Positions 53,601 through 63,037 of a DNA stretch of 64,000 bases are shown here, piece after piece. A program made the translations under genes and the position numbers. Under the pieces are notes generated by a model. That model saw nothing but the letters and a program-made list of their open reading frames with translations. It searched no databases and had not been told where the DNA came from. Source of the DNA: an uncultured Lachnospiraceae bacterium (GTDB taxonomy: Bacteria > Bacillota > Clostridia > Lachnospirales > Lachnospiraceae); the NCBI GenBank assembly GCA_910587765.1, contig CAJUNR010000021.1, positions 14,131 to 78,130 on the forward strand, given 5' to 3'. Each line of letters starts with the position of its first letter. The stretch's first letter is position 1.

Positions 53601-53802
53601 GGAAGCCGGATATGAGGTCATGGACCGGATTCATGTATACAGCAGAGGAAATGACCGGATTCAGGGTCTTATGGAACGGCATAAAGATGAAATCTGTAAA
53701 GATGTCATGGCGTCGGGTATTCTTTTTGCGCAGGCGGAAGGATATGTGAAGGAATGGAATATCAATGGGGAGACGGTCACTCTCGGTGTAGAAAAACAGT
53801 AA
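50647..53802 (+). CDS. ileS: Isoleucine-tRNA ligase (type 2)
   Basis: DGPPTANGKPHIGH, GWDTHGLP and KMSKS motifs; long C-terminal domain. Confidence 0.97.
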   Translation: MYNKVNTDMNFVEREREVEKFWKENDTFRKSMERRKDGPTYTFYDGPPTANGKPHIGHVLTRVIKDMIPRYRTMKGYMVPRKAGWDTHGLPVELEVEKLLGLDGKEQIEEYGLDPFISKCKESVWKYKGMWEDFSGTVGFWADMDDPYVTYHDDFIESEWWALKTIWEKGLLYKGFKIVPYCPRCGTPLSSHEVAQGYKDVKERSAVVRFKVKGEDAFILAWTTTPWTLPSNVALCVNPAESYAKVKAADGHVYYMAEALLDTVLGGTGAEETPAYEVLERYTGKDLEYKEYEPLFDCSARVAEKQRKKGYYVTCDSYVTLTDGTGVVHIAPAFGEDDANVGRKYDLPFVQLVDGKGNMTEDTPFAGLFVKKADPEVLKDLDARGLLFDAPKFEHSYPHCWRCGTPLIYYARESWFIKMTAVRDDLIRNNNTINWIPESIGKGRFGDWLENIQDWGISRNRYWGTPLNVWECEGCGHMESIGSREELRKMSGNEAALTVELHRPYIDEITCTCPKCQGTMRRVPEVIDCWFDSGAMPFAQHHYPFENKELFESQFPAQFISEAVDQTRGWFYSLLAESTLLFNQSPYENVIVLGHVQDENGQKMSKSKGNAVDPFDALKTYGADAIRWYFYINSAPWLPNRFHGKAVQEGQRKFMGTLWNTYAFFVLYANIDEFDASKYTLDYASLSIMDKWLLSKLNTVVGEVDDHLDHYRIPEAARALQEFVDEMSNWYVRRSRERFWAKGMEQDKINAYMTLYTALVTISKAAAPLIPFMTEDIYRNLVCSVDKAAPESVHLCDFPEVHEEMIDRELEAAMEEILDIVVLGRAARNTAGIKNRQPIGTMYVHAEHELEAVYQNIIADELNVKEILFKEDLSAFTSYTFKPQLKTVGPKYGKLLNGIRAHLAKIDGRKAMEELDTSGSLSFDIDGQSVVLLKDDLLIDMAQMEGYVTEADSRVTVVLCTNLSEELVEEGFVREIISKIQTMRKEAGYEVMDRIHVYSRGNDRIQGLMERHKDEICKDVMASGILFAQAEGYVKEWNINGETVTLGVEKQ

Positions 53803-53815
53803 AAGGAGGCATACG

Positions 53816-56281
53816 ATGGCCAAAAGAACTTTTAACAAGGATTTCTTTATCAGAAGTGTAAAGTACAATGTACGTACCCTGTTCCGCAGGGAGATCGAGG
53901 AGGCGAGCCAGCAGCAGATTTTTCAGGCGGTGGGCTATGCGGTAAAGGACGCGATCATGGACGCGTGGATCGCGACGCAGAAGGAATATGAAAAACAGGA
54001 TCCAAAGATCGTATATTACATGTCCATGGAATTTCTGATGGGCAGAGCGCTGGGCAACAACCTGATCAATCTGACCTTTTATGACGAGGTGAAAGCGGCT
54101 CTGGAGGAGATTGGACTGGATCTGAATGTGATCGAGGATCAGGAGCCGGATGCGGCTCTTGGAAACGGCGGCCTGGGACGTCTGGCGGCATGTTTCCTGG
54201 ATTCCCTGGCTTCTCTGGGTTATGCTGCGTACGGCTGCGGCATTCGCTACCGTTACGGTATGTTTAAGCAGAAGATCGAGAACGGGTATCAGGTGGAAGT
54301 GCCGGATATGTGGCTGAAAAACGGCAATCCCTTTGAGCTGCGCCGTCCGGAATACGCGAAGACCGTCAAATTCGGCGGCTATGTGAAGATTGAGAACAAG
54401 AACGGCAAGAACCATTTTATTCAGGAAGGCTATCAGTCGGTGCTGGCGGTGCCGGTGGACCTGCCGGTGGTGGGTTACGGCAACAACGTCATTAACTGTC
54501 TGCGGATCTGGGATGCGGAAGCGATCAATTCCTTTGAGCTGAATCATTTCGACAAGGGCGAGTACAACAAAGCCGTGGAGCAGGAGAACCTGGCCCGCAA
54601 TCTGGTGGAGGTGCTTTACCCCAACGACAATCATATGGCAGGCAAGGAACTTCGTCTGAAACAGCAGTATTTCTTCGTATCTGCCAGCGTACAGGCGGCG
54701 GTGGAGCGGTACATGCGTTCGCATGACGATGTCCGCAAATTCTATGAGAAGGCGGCGTTCCAGCTCAATGACACCCATCCTACGGTGGCGGTGGCGGAGC
54801 TTATGCGCGTGCTCATGGATGAGTATGATCTGGATTGGGATTCGGCATGGAAAGTAACCACGAAGACCTGCGCCTATACGAACCATACGATCATGGCCGA
54901 GGCGCTGGAGAAATGGCCGATTGAACTGTTCTCAAGGCTGCTTCCGCGTATTTATCAGATCGTGGAGGAGATCAACCGGAGATTCGTGATCGAGATCCAG
55001 AAGAAATATCCGGACGACTATGAGAAAGTCAAGAAGATGGCGATCATCATGGACGGACAGGTGAAGATGGCGCACCTTGCCATTGCAGCCGGTTATTCCG
55101 TCAACGGCGTGGCAAGGCTTCATACAGAGATCCTCAAGCATCAGGAGCTGAAAGATTTCTACGAGATGATGCCGGAGAAATTCAACAACAAGACAAACGG
55201 CATTACCCAGAGACGGTTCCTGCTTCACGGCAATCCGCTTCTGGCAAAATGGGTGACTGCCCATGTGGGAGACGAGTGGATTACCGACCTGTCCAAGATC
55301 AAAGGCCTTGCGATTTACGCGGACGACGAGAAGGCGCAGCATGAGTTCATGAACATCAAGTATCAGAATAAGGTGCGTCTGGCGAAATATATTAAGGAGC
55401 ACAACGGTGTGGATGTGGATCCCCGTTCCATCTTTGACGTACAGGTGAAACGTCTGCACGAGTACAAGAGACAGCTTCTGAATATCCTGCATGTGATGTA
55501 TCTGTACAATCAGATCAAGGAACATCCGGAGATGGAGTTCTATCCCAGAACCTTTATCTTCGGCGCGAAAGCGGCGGCGGGCTATATGAGAGCGAAGCTG
55601 ACGATCAAACTGATCAATTCCGTGGCCGATGTGGTGAACAACGATGCGTCCATCAAGGGTAAGCTGAAGGTGGTCTTTATTGAGGATTACCGGGTATCCA
55701 ATGCGGAATGGATCTTCGCGGCGGCGGATGTGTCCGAGCAGATTTCCACGGCTTCCAAGGAAGCGTCCGGCACCGGCAACATGAAGTTCATGCTGAACGG
55801 CGCGCTGACCATCGGCACGATGGACGGAGCCAATGTGGAGATCGTGGAGGAAGTGGGCAAGGAGAATGCGTTTATCTTCGGCATGAGTTCCGATGAAGTG
55901 ATTGATCTGGAGAAGAAAGGCGGCTATGATCCGTCCCAGTTGTTCAACACGGATCAGGATATCCGCCGGGTGCTGATGCAGCTCATCAACGGAGCCTACT
56001 CTCCGAACGATCCTGAGAAATTCCGCGAGCTGTACAACGCGTTGCTGGTGGACGGCGGCTACAACCGTCCGGACCCGTACTTTATCCTCAAGGACTTCCG
56101 CTCTTATGCGGAGGCGCAGGAACGCGTGGAGGAGGCTTACAGAGACGAGAAGAACTGGGCGAGGAGCGCGATCCTCAATGTGGCCTGCTCCGGCAAGTTC
56201 AGCTCCGACCGCACCATTCAGGAATATGTGGATGAGATCTGGAAGCTGGATAAAGTGACGGTAGAACTGGCGGAAGGCTGA
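53816..56281 (+). CDS. glgP: Glycogen/maltodextrin phosphorylase
   Basis: LGNGGLGRLAAC and EASGTGNMK motifs. Confidence 0.96.
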   Translation: MAKRTFNKDFFIRSVKYNVRTLFRREIEEASQQQIFQAVGYAVKDAIMDAWIATQKEYEKQDPKIVYYMSMEFLMGRALGNNLINLTFYDEVKAALEEIGLDLNVIEDQEPDAALGNGGLGRLAACFLDSLASLGYAAYGCGIRYRYGMFKQKIENGYQVEVPDMWLKNGNPFELRRPEYAKTVKFGGYVKIENKNGKNHFIQEGYQSVLAVPVDLPVVGYGNNVINCLRIWDAEAINSFELNHFDKGEYNKAVEQENLARNLVEVLYPNDNHMAGKELRLKQQYFFVSASVQAAVERYMRSHDDVRKFYEKAAFQLNDTHPTVAVAELMRVLMDEYDLDWDSAWKVTTKTCAYTNHTIMAEALEKWPIELFSRLLPRIYQIVEEINRRFVIEIQKKYPDDYEKVKKMAIIMDGQVKMAHLAIAAGYSVNGVARLHTEILKHQELKDFYEMMPEKFNNKTNGITQRRFLLHGNPLLAKWVTAHVGDEWITDLSKIKGLAIYADDEKAQHEFMNIKYQNKVRLAKYIKEHNGVDVDPRSIFDVQVKRLHEYKRQLLNILHVMYLYNQIKEHPEMEFYPRTFIFGAKAAAGYMRAKLTIKLINSVADVVNNDASIKGKLKVVFIEDYRVSNAEWIFAAADVSEQISTASKEASGTGNMKFMLNGALTIGTMDGANVEIVEEVGKENAFIFGMSSDEVIDLEKKGGYDPSQLFNTDQDIRRVLMQLINGAYSPNDPEKFRELYNALLVDGGYNRPDPYFILKDFRSYAEAQERVEEAYRDEKNWARSAILNVACSGKFSSDRTIQEYVDEIWKLDKVTVELAEG

Positions 56282-56303
56282 AGATAACAAAGACTGGGTA
56301 AGG

Positions 56304-56330
56304 AGAATCCTGCTTGGCAGGATTCTTTTT
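56304..56330 (+). terminator. Intrinsic terminator
   Basis: AGAATCCTGC/GCAGGATTCT plus T run. Confidence 0.75.
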
Positions 56331-56378
56331 ACGTATACGATGTCCTTTTTGCTCATAGACTTGCAGGAGGGACTGTGA

Positions 56379-57200
56379 ATGAAGAAATTCATAATGAATG
56401 CGGCGGCAGTGGGATTTCTCGTGCTTTTTCTTCCATATACAATGACGCTTCTGATTGAAGGCAGGCAGGGAATCCACAGAGAAAAAGAACTGCCTGCGCT
56501 GGAGTATCAGGTGCTCTCCCACTTGATGGGCGGGGATTATTCGTGGATGGATGAGAGAACGCTGGATTTGATGGCGATTTTGTACCGGACGGAATGTGTG
56601 AGGGCGGACAGTGGAGCGGAGGCGGCGCTGCCTCCTGATATCTACAGGGACGATTACAGCAGAATGTATGACGCGGTCATGAGGACGGAGGGACAGGTTG
56701 TCACTGTCGACGGAGAATATCGGGATCTTCCGTATCATGCGGTCAGTGGAGGAAGGACGAGGGAGGGCGGTCTTCTGGGGGAAGAATATACCTATGTGCG
56801 CGCGGTCGACTGTCCGGATGACAGAGCGGCCGAAGATGCGCTCCGCGTTTACCGGTTTTCGGAGAGAGAACTGGGAGAGCTGCTGGAACCGGGACGCTCT
56901 TCAGGGATCTCAGAGGACATTCGGACAGAGCGGGATGCGTCGGATTATGTATCGCGTGTCGTGATCGGAGACAGGGAATGGCAGGGCGAAGCGTTCCGGT
57001 CGCTTTTAAATCTGCCGTCGAGCTGTTTCTGGCTGGATACGGATGCGGAGAAAGGAGAGGTGTGCGTTACGGTCAAAGGAAGCGGCCATGGTTTCGGCAT
57101 CAGCCTGTATACTGCCGACTGTATGATCCGGGCGGGCGCCAGGCCGGAAGATGTCGTTCAGAAATTCTATCAGGATGCAGAATGTATAACGATTCCCTAA
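56379..57200 (+). CDS. SpoIID/LytB-like protein (degenerate)
   Basis: YHAVSGGRT, FRSLLNLPSS and KGSGHGFGIS; SigE-like ATA-16-CATAGACT upstream. Confidence 0.8.
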   Translation: MKKFIMNAAAVGFLVLFLPYTMTLLIEGRQGIHREKELPALEYQVLSHLMGGDYSWMDERTLDLMAILYRTECVRADSGAEAALPPDIYRDDYSRMYDAVMRTEGQVVTVDGEYRDLPYHAVSGGRTREGGLLGEEYTYVRAVDCPDDRAAEDALRVYRFSERELGELLEPGRSSGISEDIRTERDASDYVSRVVIGDREWQGEAFRSLLNLPSSCFWLDTDAEKGEVCVTVKGSGHGFGISLYTADCMIRAGARPEDVVQKFYQDAECITIP

Positions 57201-57213
57201 TCTGGTAAAAATA
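57184..57213 (+). promoter_or_regulatory. SigF-type promoter
   Basis: GTATA-15-GGTAAAAATA matches the GYWTA-15-GGNAANAHTA consensus. Confidence 0.7.
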
Positions 57214-57231
57214 TGGATCAGAGGTGATGTT

Positions 57232-58065
57232 ATGCGTAAGAATCAAAAAGGATTTTTGATCGTGCTGTGCCTCTGCATGCTTTCCATATCCGGGATTTTC
57301 GGAGTATACCAATACCAGAAGGGAAATTCTGCTAAACCGCAGACAGAGGCCAGGAAGCAGGATACCCAGGTAAAGGCTCAGGAAGAACCGGAGAAGGAAG
57401 CGGCAAATTCAAGAGGTACGGTCGCACAGGCAGATACGAAAGAGAAGGAAGAGGAACAGGCTAAAATTGATACCGAAGAGGACATCTACAAGATAGGCGA
57501 GGCGGAGCTTGCCAGAACGGACGCAGCTCCTAAAGAGGAGACGCCTGCGGAAGAAGAAAGTCCGGAAGAAGAAATTTCCGAAGACGAGACAGAAGAGAAG
57601 GAAGAGGGTGAAGAGTCCGTAGAGACCGCAGGTCGGAGCGATCTTCTGTCCTTTTCAGAGGGCAGCAAAATACTCTGGCCCGTGGATGGGGATGTGATTC
57701 TGAACTACAGCATGGACAAGAGTATCTATTTCTCCACATTGAATCAGTACAAGTATCATCCGGCGATTGTGATCAGCGCGGACGTGGGAAGCGAAGTGCA
57801 GTGCGCTGCGAGCGGAAAAGTCAGCGAGATCAGGGTGGATGAGGAAACCGGAACGACGGTGTTTATGGAGCTGGGGAATGATTATGAAGCCGTATACGGA
57901 CAGTTGAAGGAAGTAGCGGTGGAAGAAGGAGAATACCTGGAAGCAGGGAGCCTGCTGGGATATGTAAGCGAACCCACCAAGTATTATACACTGGAGGGAA
58001 GCAATCTGTATTTCCAGCTTCTGAAAGAGAAACAGCCGGTAAATCCCATGGAGTATATCGAATAA
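57232..58065 (+). CDS. SpoIIQ-like M23/LytM protein (metal ligands missing)
   Basis: TM, acidic linker, then WPVDG...NLYF...PVNPMEY; follows the spoIID-like gene. Confidence 0.8.
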   Translation: MRKNQKGFLIVLCLCMLSISGIFGVYQYQKGNSAKPQTEARKQDTQVKAQEEPEKEAANSRGTVAQADTKEKEEEQAKIDTEEDIYKIGEAELARTDAAPKEETPAEEESPEEEISEDETEEKEEGEESVETAGRSDLLSFSEGSKILWPVDGDVILNYSMDKSIYFSTLNQYKYHPAIVISADVGSEVQCAASGKVSEIRVDEETGTTVFMELGNDYEAVYGQLKEVAVEEGEYLEAGSLLGYVSEPTKYYTLEGSNLYFQLLKEKQPVNPMEYIE

Positions 58066-58098
58066 AAATTCAGGGCTGCAAAAAGGCAGCCCTGATGT

Positions 58099-58752
58099 CT
58101 ACATACATGCAATATAAAACATGACGACGAAATGACAGAGACTTCCGCCCATGACGAAAAGGTGAAAGATCTCATGGGAGCCAAAGTACTGATGTCTGGC
58201 GTTGAAAAAGGGCAGCTTGAGCGCATAGATGACGCCGCCGACGGTATAGATGACACCGCCGGCTACAAGCCAGAGAAAAGCTGCGCCCGGCAGGGAAGCG
58301 ACCAGCGGAACCATGGCGAGGACACAGAGCCATCCCATGGAGATGTAGATCAGCGAAGAAAACCATTTTGGACAGGTGATCCAGAAAGCTTTGATCAGGA
58401 TTCCGGTGACGGCGGTTCCCCAGACCAGAAAAAGGAGCGGATAACCGACGGTATCCCGCAGCGGGATCACACAGACCGGTGTATAACTTCCGGCGATCAG
58501 GATAAAGATCATCATATGATCGACTTTGCGAAGAATGCGGTTAATTTTCTCGGATATGTTCAGCGTATGATAGACGGTGCTCGCGCCGTAGAGCAGGATC
58601 ATGCTGAGCGCGAAAACGGCAAGCGCAGGGACCGTATGTCCGCCGTTTTTGTGCGCGGCGAGTACAAGAAGCGGTGTGGAAGCCGCCGCTGCCAGGATCA
58701 TACCGATAAAATGAGTGATGGCGCTGCCGGGGTCTTTAATGGATAATGTCAT
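58099..58752 (-). CDS. Hemolysin III (PAQR) family membrane protein
   Basis: SAITH, STVYH, DHMMIFILIAGSYTP and HEIFHLFV; start re-called at 58752. Confidence 0.92.
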   Translation of the reverse strand: MTLSIKDPGSAITHFIGMILAAAASTPLLVLAAHKNGGHTVPALAVFALSMILLYGASTVYHTLNISEKINRILRKVDHMMIFILIAGSYTPVCVIPLRDTVGYPLLFLVWGTAVTGILIKAFWITCPKWFSSLIYISMGWLCVLAMVPLVASLPGAAFLWLVAGGVIYTVGGVIYALKLPFFNARHQYFGSHEIFHLFVMGGSLCHFVVMFYIACM

Positions 58753-58908
58753 AACAATTCCTCCTGAATATTTATATAATATAATGTAGTATTTAAAACT
58801 ATATAATAACTTATTCATATTATAACACGTTAACCGGAAAATGCAAGAGAATTTATAATAAAAAAATACAGGTATCATTCACGAGAGGAAAGAGAGGAAA
58901 GTATAGAA

Positions 58909-60525
58909 ATGGAACATTTAAGATTTGAAAAACTGGATCTCTGTCCGGAGCTTCTCCGGGCGGTTGAAGATATGGGATTTGAGGAAATGACGCCGATTCA
59001 GGCGCAGTCCATACCGGTGATGAGGTCCGGAGCGGATATGATCGGACAGGCGCAGACAGGGACGGGAAAGACGGCGGCCTTTGGAATCCCGCTTCTGGAG
59101 AAGGTTGATCCGGACAACCGGAAACTGCAGGCTCTTGTGCTGTGCCCGACGAGAGAACTGGCGATCCAGGTGGCGGAAGAACTCCGCAATCTGGCCAAAT
59201 ATCTGCATGGAATCAAAGTGCTCCCGATTTACGGGGGACAGGATATCAGCCGGCAGATTCGTTCGCTCAAGGGAGGAGTGCAGATCGTCATCGGAACACC
59301 GGGTCGCGTGATGGATCATATGAGAAGGCATACGCTCCGCCTTCAGGAGCTTCATACGGTGGTGCTGGATGAGGCCGACGAGATGCTGAACATGGGCTTC
59401 CGGGAGGACATCGAGACGATATTGAAAGATACGCCCGGGGATCGGCAGACCGTATTGTTTTCCGCCACAATGCCGCGGGCAATCATGGAGATTGCCGAGC
59501 TGTATCAGCGGGAGGCGGTTCACGTAAAAGTGGTGAAAAAAGAACTGACGGTACCGAATATCGAGCAGTACTATTATGAAGTGCGGCCGAAGAACAAAGA
59601 CGAGGTGCTTTGCCGGCTTCTGGATCTCTACGCGCCCAAGCTGTCGCTGATCTTCTGCAATACAAAGAAGAAGGTGGACGAGCTGGTACTGGAGCTCCAG
59701 AACCGGGGGTATTTTGCGGAGGGACTTCACGGCGATCTCAAGCAGATGCAGCGGGACCGGGTAATGCAGGGGTTCCGGGATGGCAATACCGACATTTTGG
59801 TGGCGACGGATGTGGCCGCCAGAGGGATTGACGTGGACGACGTGGAAGCGGTATTCAACTACGATCTTCCTCAGGATGACGAATATTACGTGCATCGGAT
59901 CGGTCGGACCGGACGCGCCGGAAGACAGGGAAAATCATTTACGTTTATCGTGGGCAGGGAAGTATATAAGCTGAAAGATATCCAGCGTTACTGCCGGACG
60001 AGGATTCAGGCTCAGCCCATCCCCTCTCTGGACGATGTGGCCAATATGAAAGTAGAACATGCGTTTGAAAAACTGGAACAGGTGATCGCCGGAGAAGATC
60101 TGTCTTCCAGCATCCGGGCAATCGAAGCGTATCTGAATCAGAGCGACCGTACGGCGATGGATCTCGCGGCGGCGTTTTTGAGAGCGGAACTCGGCGATTC
60201 TCTGGAAGAACAGAAGGACGATCTGGCCGGAGAAATGTACCAGTGGGAGACAGAGCGGCGCGGCAAAGGAAGAAAAGGGAAAGAGCAGATGGTGCGCTTG
60301 TATCTGAGCGCCGGACGGAAACAGAAGATAAAGCCGGGGGATGTGCTGGGAGCGATCACCGGAGAATCAGGTATGCCGGGAAAGGCGATCGGCTCGATTG
60401 ATATGTATGACCGTTATACATTCGTGGATGTTCCGCGGAAATATTACAAGCAGGTGCTGAAAAGCATGAAGAATAAAAAGATTAAAGGAAGCCGGATCTA
60501 TATGGAGAAAGCGGAGACGAAATAA
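58909..60525 (+). CDS. DEAD-box RNA helicase with DbpA-type RNA-binding domain
   Basis: AQTGTGKT, PTRELA, DEAD, SAT and HRIGRTGRAG motifs. Confidence 0.95.
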   Translation: MEHLRFEKLDLCPELLRAVEDMGFEEMTPIQAQSIPVMRSGADMIGQAQTGTGKTAAFGIPLLEKVDPDNRKLQALVLCPTRELAIQVAEELRNLAKYLHGIKVLPIYGGQDISRQIRSLKGGVQIVIGTPGRVMDHMRRHTLRLQELHTVVLDEADEMLNMGFREDIETILKDTPGDRQTVLFSATMPRAIMEIAELYQREAVHVKVVKKELTVPNIEQYYYEVRPKNKDEVLCRLLDLYAPKLSLIFCNTKKKVDELVLELQNRGYFAEGLHGDLKQMQRDRVMQGFRDGNTDILVATDVAARGIDVDDVEAVFNYDLPQDDEYYVHRIGRTGRAGRQGKSFTFIVGREVYKLKDIQRYCRTRIQAQPIPSLDDVANMKVEHAFEKLEQVIAGEDLSSSIRAIEAYLNQSDRTAMDLAAAFLRAELGDSLEEQKDDLAGEMYQWETERRGKGRKGKEQMVRLYLSAGRKQKIKPGDVLGAITGESGMPGKAIGSIDMYDRYTFVDVPRKYYKQVLKSMKNKKIKGSRIYMEKAETK

Positions 60526-60583
60526 TGAGAGGGGGAAGGGACGCTTCCCCCTCTCATTTATGTAACAGGTGTCAATTTGCTTT

Positions 60584-61681
60584 TTAGAAAATTCTCCGTA
60601 CTGCCAGTACGTTTTTGTGAGTGGCAGAGGAATATTTGATGCCGGTGGAAGGACTGCTGGCATGAACAATCGTGTTGTTGCCAACATAAATTCCCACATG
60701 ACCGCTGTAGCAGACGATATCGCCGGGCTGTGCTTCCGCCAGGCTGACGCCGTATCCGCAGCTCCGAAGCGCTGTGGAACTGTGAGGAAGTCCTACGCCG
60801 AAGTTCGCGTACACGCTCATGACAAATCCGGAACAGTCTGTCCCGTTGGTCAGGCTGGAACCGCCATATACATAAGGATTGCCGACGAACTGGCTGGCAA
60901 AACCCGCGACTGCATTTCCGGAAGCGCTTCCGCCGCCGCTGCCGCCGACTGCCGGTGCGGAACTGCCGGAAGAACCGTTCTGGCTTTTCACCTTGGACTG
61001 AGCCGCTTTCTGAGCAGCCTGCCGATCTGCCTCTTCCTTGGCCAGACGGGCTTTTTCTTCTTCCCTGGACTCTGCGTATACATAATCCGTTCTCAGATCA
61101 ACGTAATCTTTGGAAACCCATCCGTCGCCTTCCTCGATGGATACTTTTACAAAATCTTCTGTCTCGTCGGTGACGATCAGTTCTTCTGCCATCGGAATCA
61201 GGCCGAGAATGGAAGAATCCGTGGTCGCCTCCTGACGGACCCTGAGCGTCTCTGTCGTTACAACTGCGACTCTGGTACCGGCTTCCTTCGCCAGCGTATC
61301 GGCGTCGACGCCGATCGCCACATAGTCATTCTTAACGTAGCCGTGTACATTGCCGGAATTGATCAGATACCATCCGTCCTCCTCACCTTCCACGGTACCG
61401 ACGGATTTGTCAAAAAGTTTTCCCAGCACTTCGCCGTCTTCGCTCGGTTCGCTGCGGACATTGACATAGCTGGATACTTTCGCAATACAGAAACCCGTGT
61501 AGTTGTCCTTTACGACTTTATCAAGCGTCTCTGCAATCTCATCGTCTGATGCGGCCGATTCGTCAAGCGAGGCGGTAATGCCTCCCGACAGAGCCAGTGA
61601 AATCTGTGCTGCATCCGCCGTCAGCGGCTGAACCATAAAAATCCCTGCAGCAAGACAGATCATAAAACCTTTTCTTATCAT
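60584..61681 (-). CDS. SH3b x2 + NlpC/P60 peptidoglycan endopeptidase
   Basis: VNVRSEP, LRVRQEA, GNPYVYGG, DCSGF and HVGIY motifs. Confidence 0.92.
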   Translation of the reverse strand: MIRKGFMICLAAGIFMVQPLTADAAQISLALSGGITASLDESAASDDEIAETLDKVVKDNYTGFCIAKVSSYVNVRSEPSEDGEVLGKLFDKSVGTVEGEEDGWYLINSGNVHGYVKNDYVAIGVDADTLAKEAGTRVAVVTTETLRVRQEATTDSSILGLIPMAEELIVTDETEDFVKVSIEEGDGWVSKDYVDLRTDYVYAESREEEKARLAKEEADRQAAQKAAQSKVKSQNGSSGSSAPAVGGSGGGSASGNAVAGFASQFVGNPYVYGGSSLTNGTDCSGFVMSVYANFGVGLPHSSTALRSCGYGVSLAEAQPGDIVCYSGHVGIYVGNNTIVHASSPSTGIKYSSATHKNVLAVRRIF

Positions 61682-62004
61682 ATGTACCCTCCGGAAATAA
61701 TTTACGAAATTATATTAAATATTACAAATTTATTACAAATCACAAACCAATTATAACAATACATTACAGGTTTGTCAACAGAATCCAAGGTATTTCCGGC
61801 GGAAATAAGTGACAAAATAAATGGGAAAACAGATACAGTTCTTGACAAATCTAAAGAAAAACATTAAAATAGTAACGATTACTGATATGATTATCAAGAT
61901 CAGTCGTCGCCTGACCGGTGAAAGTCGGGCAAAACAGAGTGTCTGTATCGGTTCTCTATAATAAAAGGAACGGTGCGGATGCCGGAGAGGAAGGGGTACA
62001 GGAG

Positions 62005-62400
62005 TTGACGGCATTAAAGTACAGCAGACAGCGGGAAAGCATTAAGAATTATCTGTGCGGAAGAGAAGATCATCCGACGGCAGACCGGATCTATATGGAT
62101 ATCCGCAGGGAATACCCCAATATCAGCCTTGGTACGGTGTACAGGAATCTTTCTCTGCTGGTAGAACTGGGAGAGATCCGCAAACTCACGACAGACGGGG
62201 CGGATCGTTTTGACGCGAATCTGGAGCCGCACAGCCATTTCATCTGTAAAAACTGCGGATGCGTTCTGGATGTGATGATTCCTCTGGAAAATCCGGCGCC
62301 GGAAATTGACCGGCTGTGGGACTATGGCAGTGTGGAGGAGTGCAGGCTGGAATTTCGCGGGGTCTGTAAAAAGTGTCAAAAAAATAAAAACAGGGCTTGA
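62005..62400 (+). CDS. Fur/PerR family repressor
   Basis: HPTAD, SLGTVYRNL, HSHFICKNC and CKKC; TTG start at 62005. Confidence 0.9.
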   Translation: MTALKYSRQRESIKNYLCGREDHPTADRIYMDIRREYPNISLGTVYRNLSLLVELGEIRKLTTDGADRFDANLEPHSHFICKNCGCVLDVMIPLENPAPEIDRLWDYGSVEECRLEFRGVCKKCQKNKNRA

Positions 62401-62452
62401 CAGAAGACAGCCCATCCACTATAATAACGATAACAGGAATCATTACTGTTAT
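62397..62452 (+). promoter_or_regulatory. rbr promoter with Fur/PerR-box-like palindrome
   Basis: TTGACA-17-TATAAT, then ATAACAG.AAT.ATT.CTGTTAT. Confidence 0.75.
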
Positions 62453-62494
62453 TGAAAATATTAAAAATTTTATATAGGAAAAGGAGAAAAGACT

Positions 62495-63037
62495 ATGGCA
62501 AAATTTGTATGCAGCGTATGTGGTTATGTTCATGAAGGAGATTCCGCACCGGAGAAATGTCCGCAGTGTGGGGTGCCGGCAAGCAAGTTTACCAAGCAGG
62601 AGGAAGGTTTAAGCTGGGCTGCGGAACACGTAGTGGGAGTTGCGCAGGGCGTAAGCGAGGACATCCTCGAGGATCTGAGAGCGAACTTCAACGGCGAGTG
62701 CTCTGAGGTTGGTATGTATCTTGCGATGGCACGCGTCGCTCACAGAGAGGGATATCCGGAGATCGGCCTTTACTGGGAGAAAGCGGCTTACGAAGAGGCT
62801 GAGCATGCTGCAAAATTTGCCGAGCTTCTGGGCGAGGTAGTTACGGACAGCACGAAGAAGAATCTGGAGATGCGTGTGGCAGCCGAGAACGGAGCGACCG
62901 CAGGCAAGTTTGATCTCGCAAAACGCGCGAAAGTTGCAAACCTGGATGCAATTCATGACACCGTTCATGAGATGGCAAGGGACGAGGCAAGACACGGAAA
63001 AGCGTTTGAGGGGTTATTAAAAAGGTATTTCGGATAG
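62495..63037 (+). CDS. rbr: Reverse rubrerythrin (NADH peroxidase)
   Basis: N-terminal CSVCGY...CPQC rubredoxin domain; EAEH and EARH diiron motifs. Confidence 0.93.
   Translation: MAKFVCSVCGYVHEGDSAPEKCPQCGVPASKFTKQEEGLSWAAEHVVGVAQGVSEDILEDLRANFNGECSEVGMYLAMARVAHREGYPEIGLYWEKAAYEEAEHAAKFAELLGEVVTDSTKKNLEMRVAAENGATAGKFDLAKRAKVANLDAIHDTVHEMARDEARHGKAFEGLLKRYFG

Noticed and set aside
50647..53802. Acquired mupirocin-resistance gene
   Set aside because: Type 2 IleRS is a common native form in Clostridia, and here it has host-like codon usage and a T-box leader
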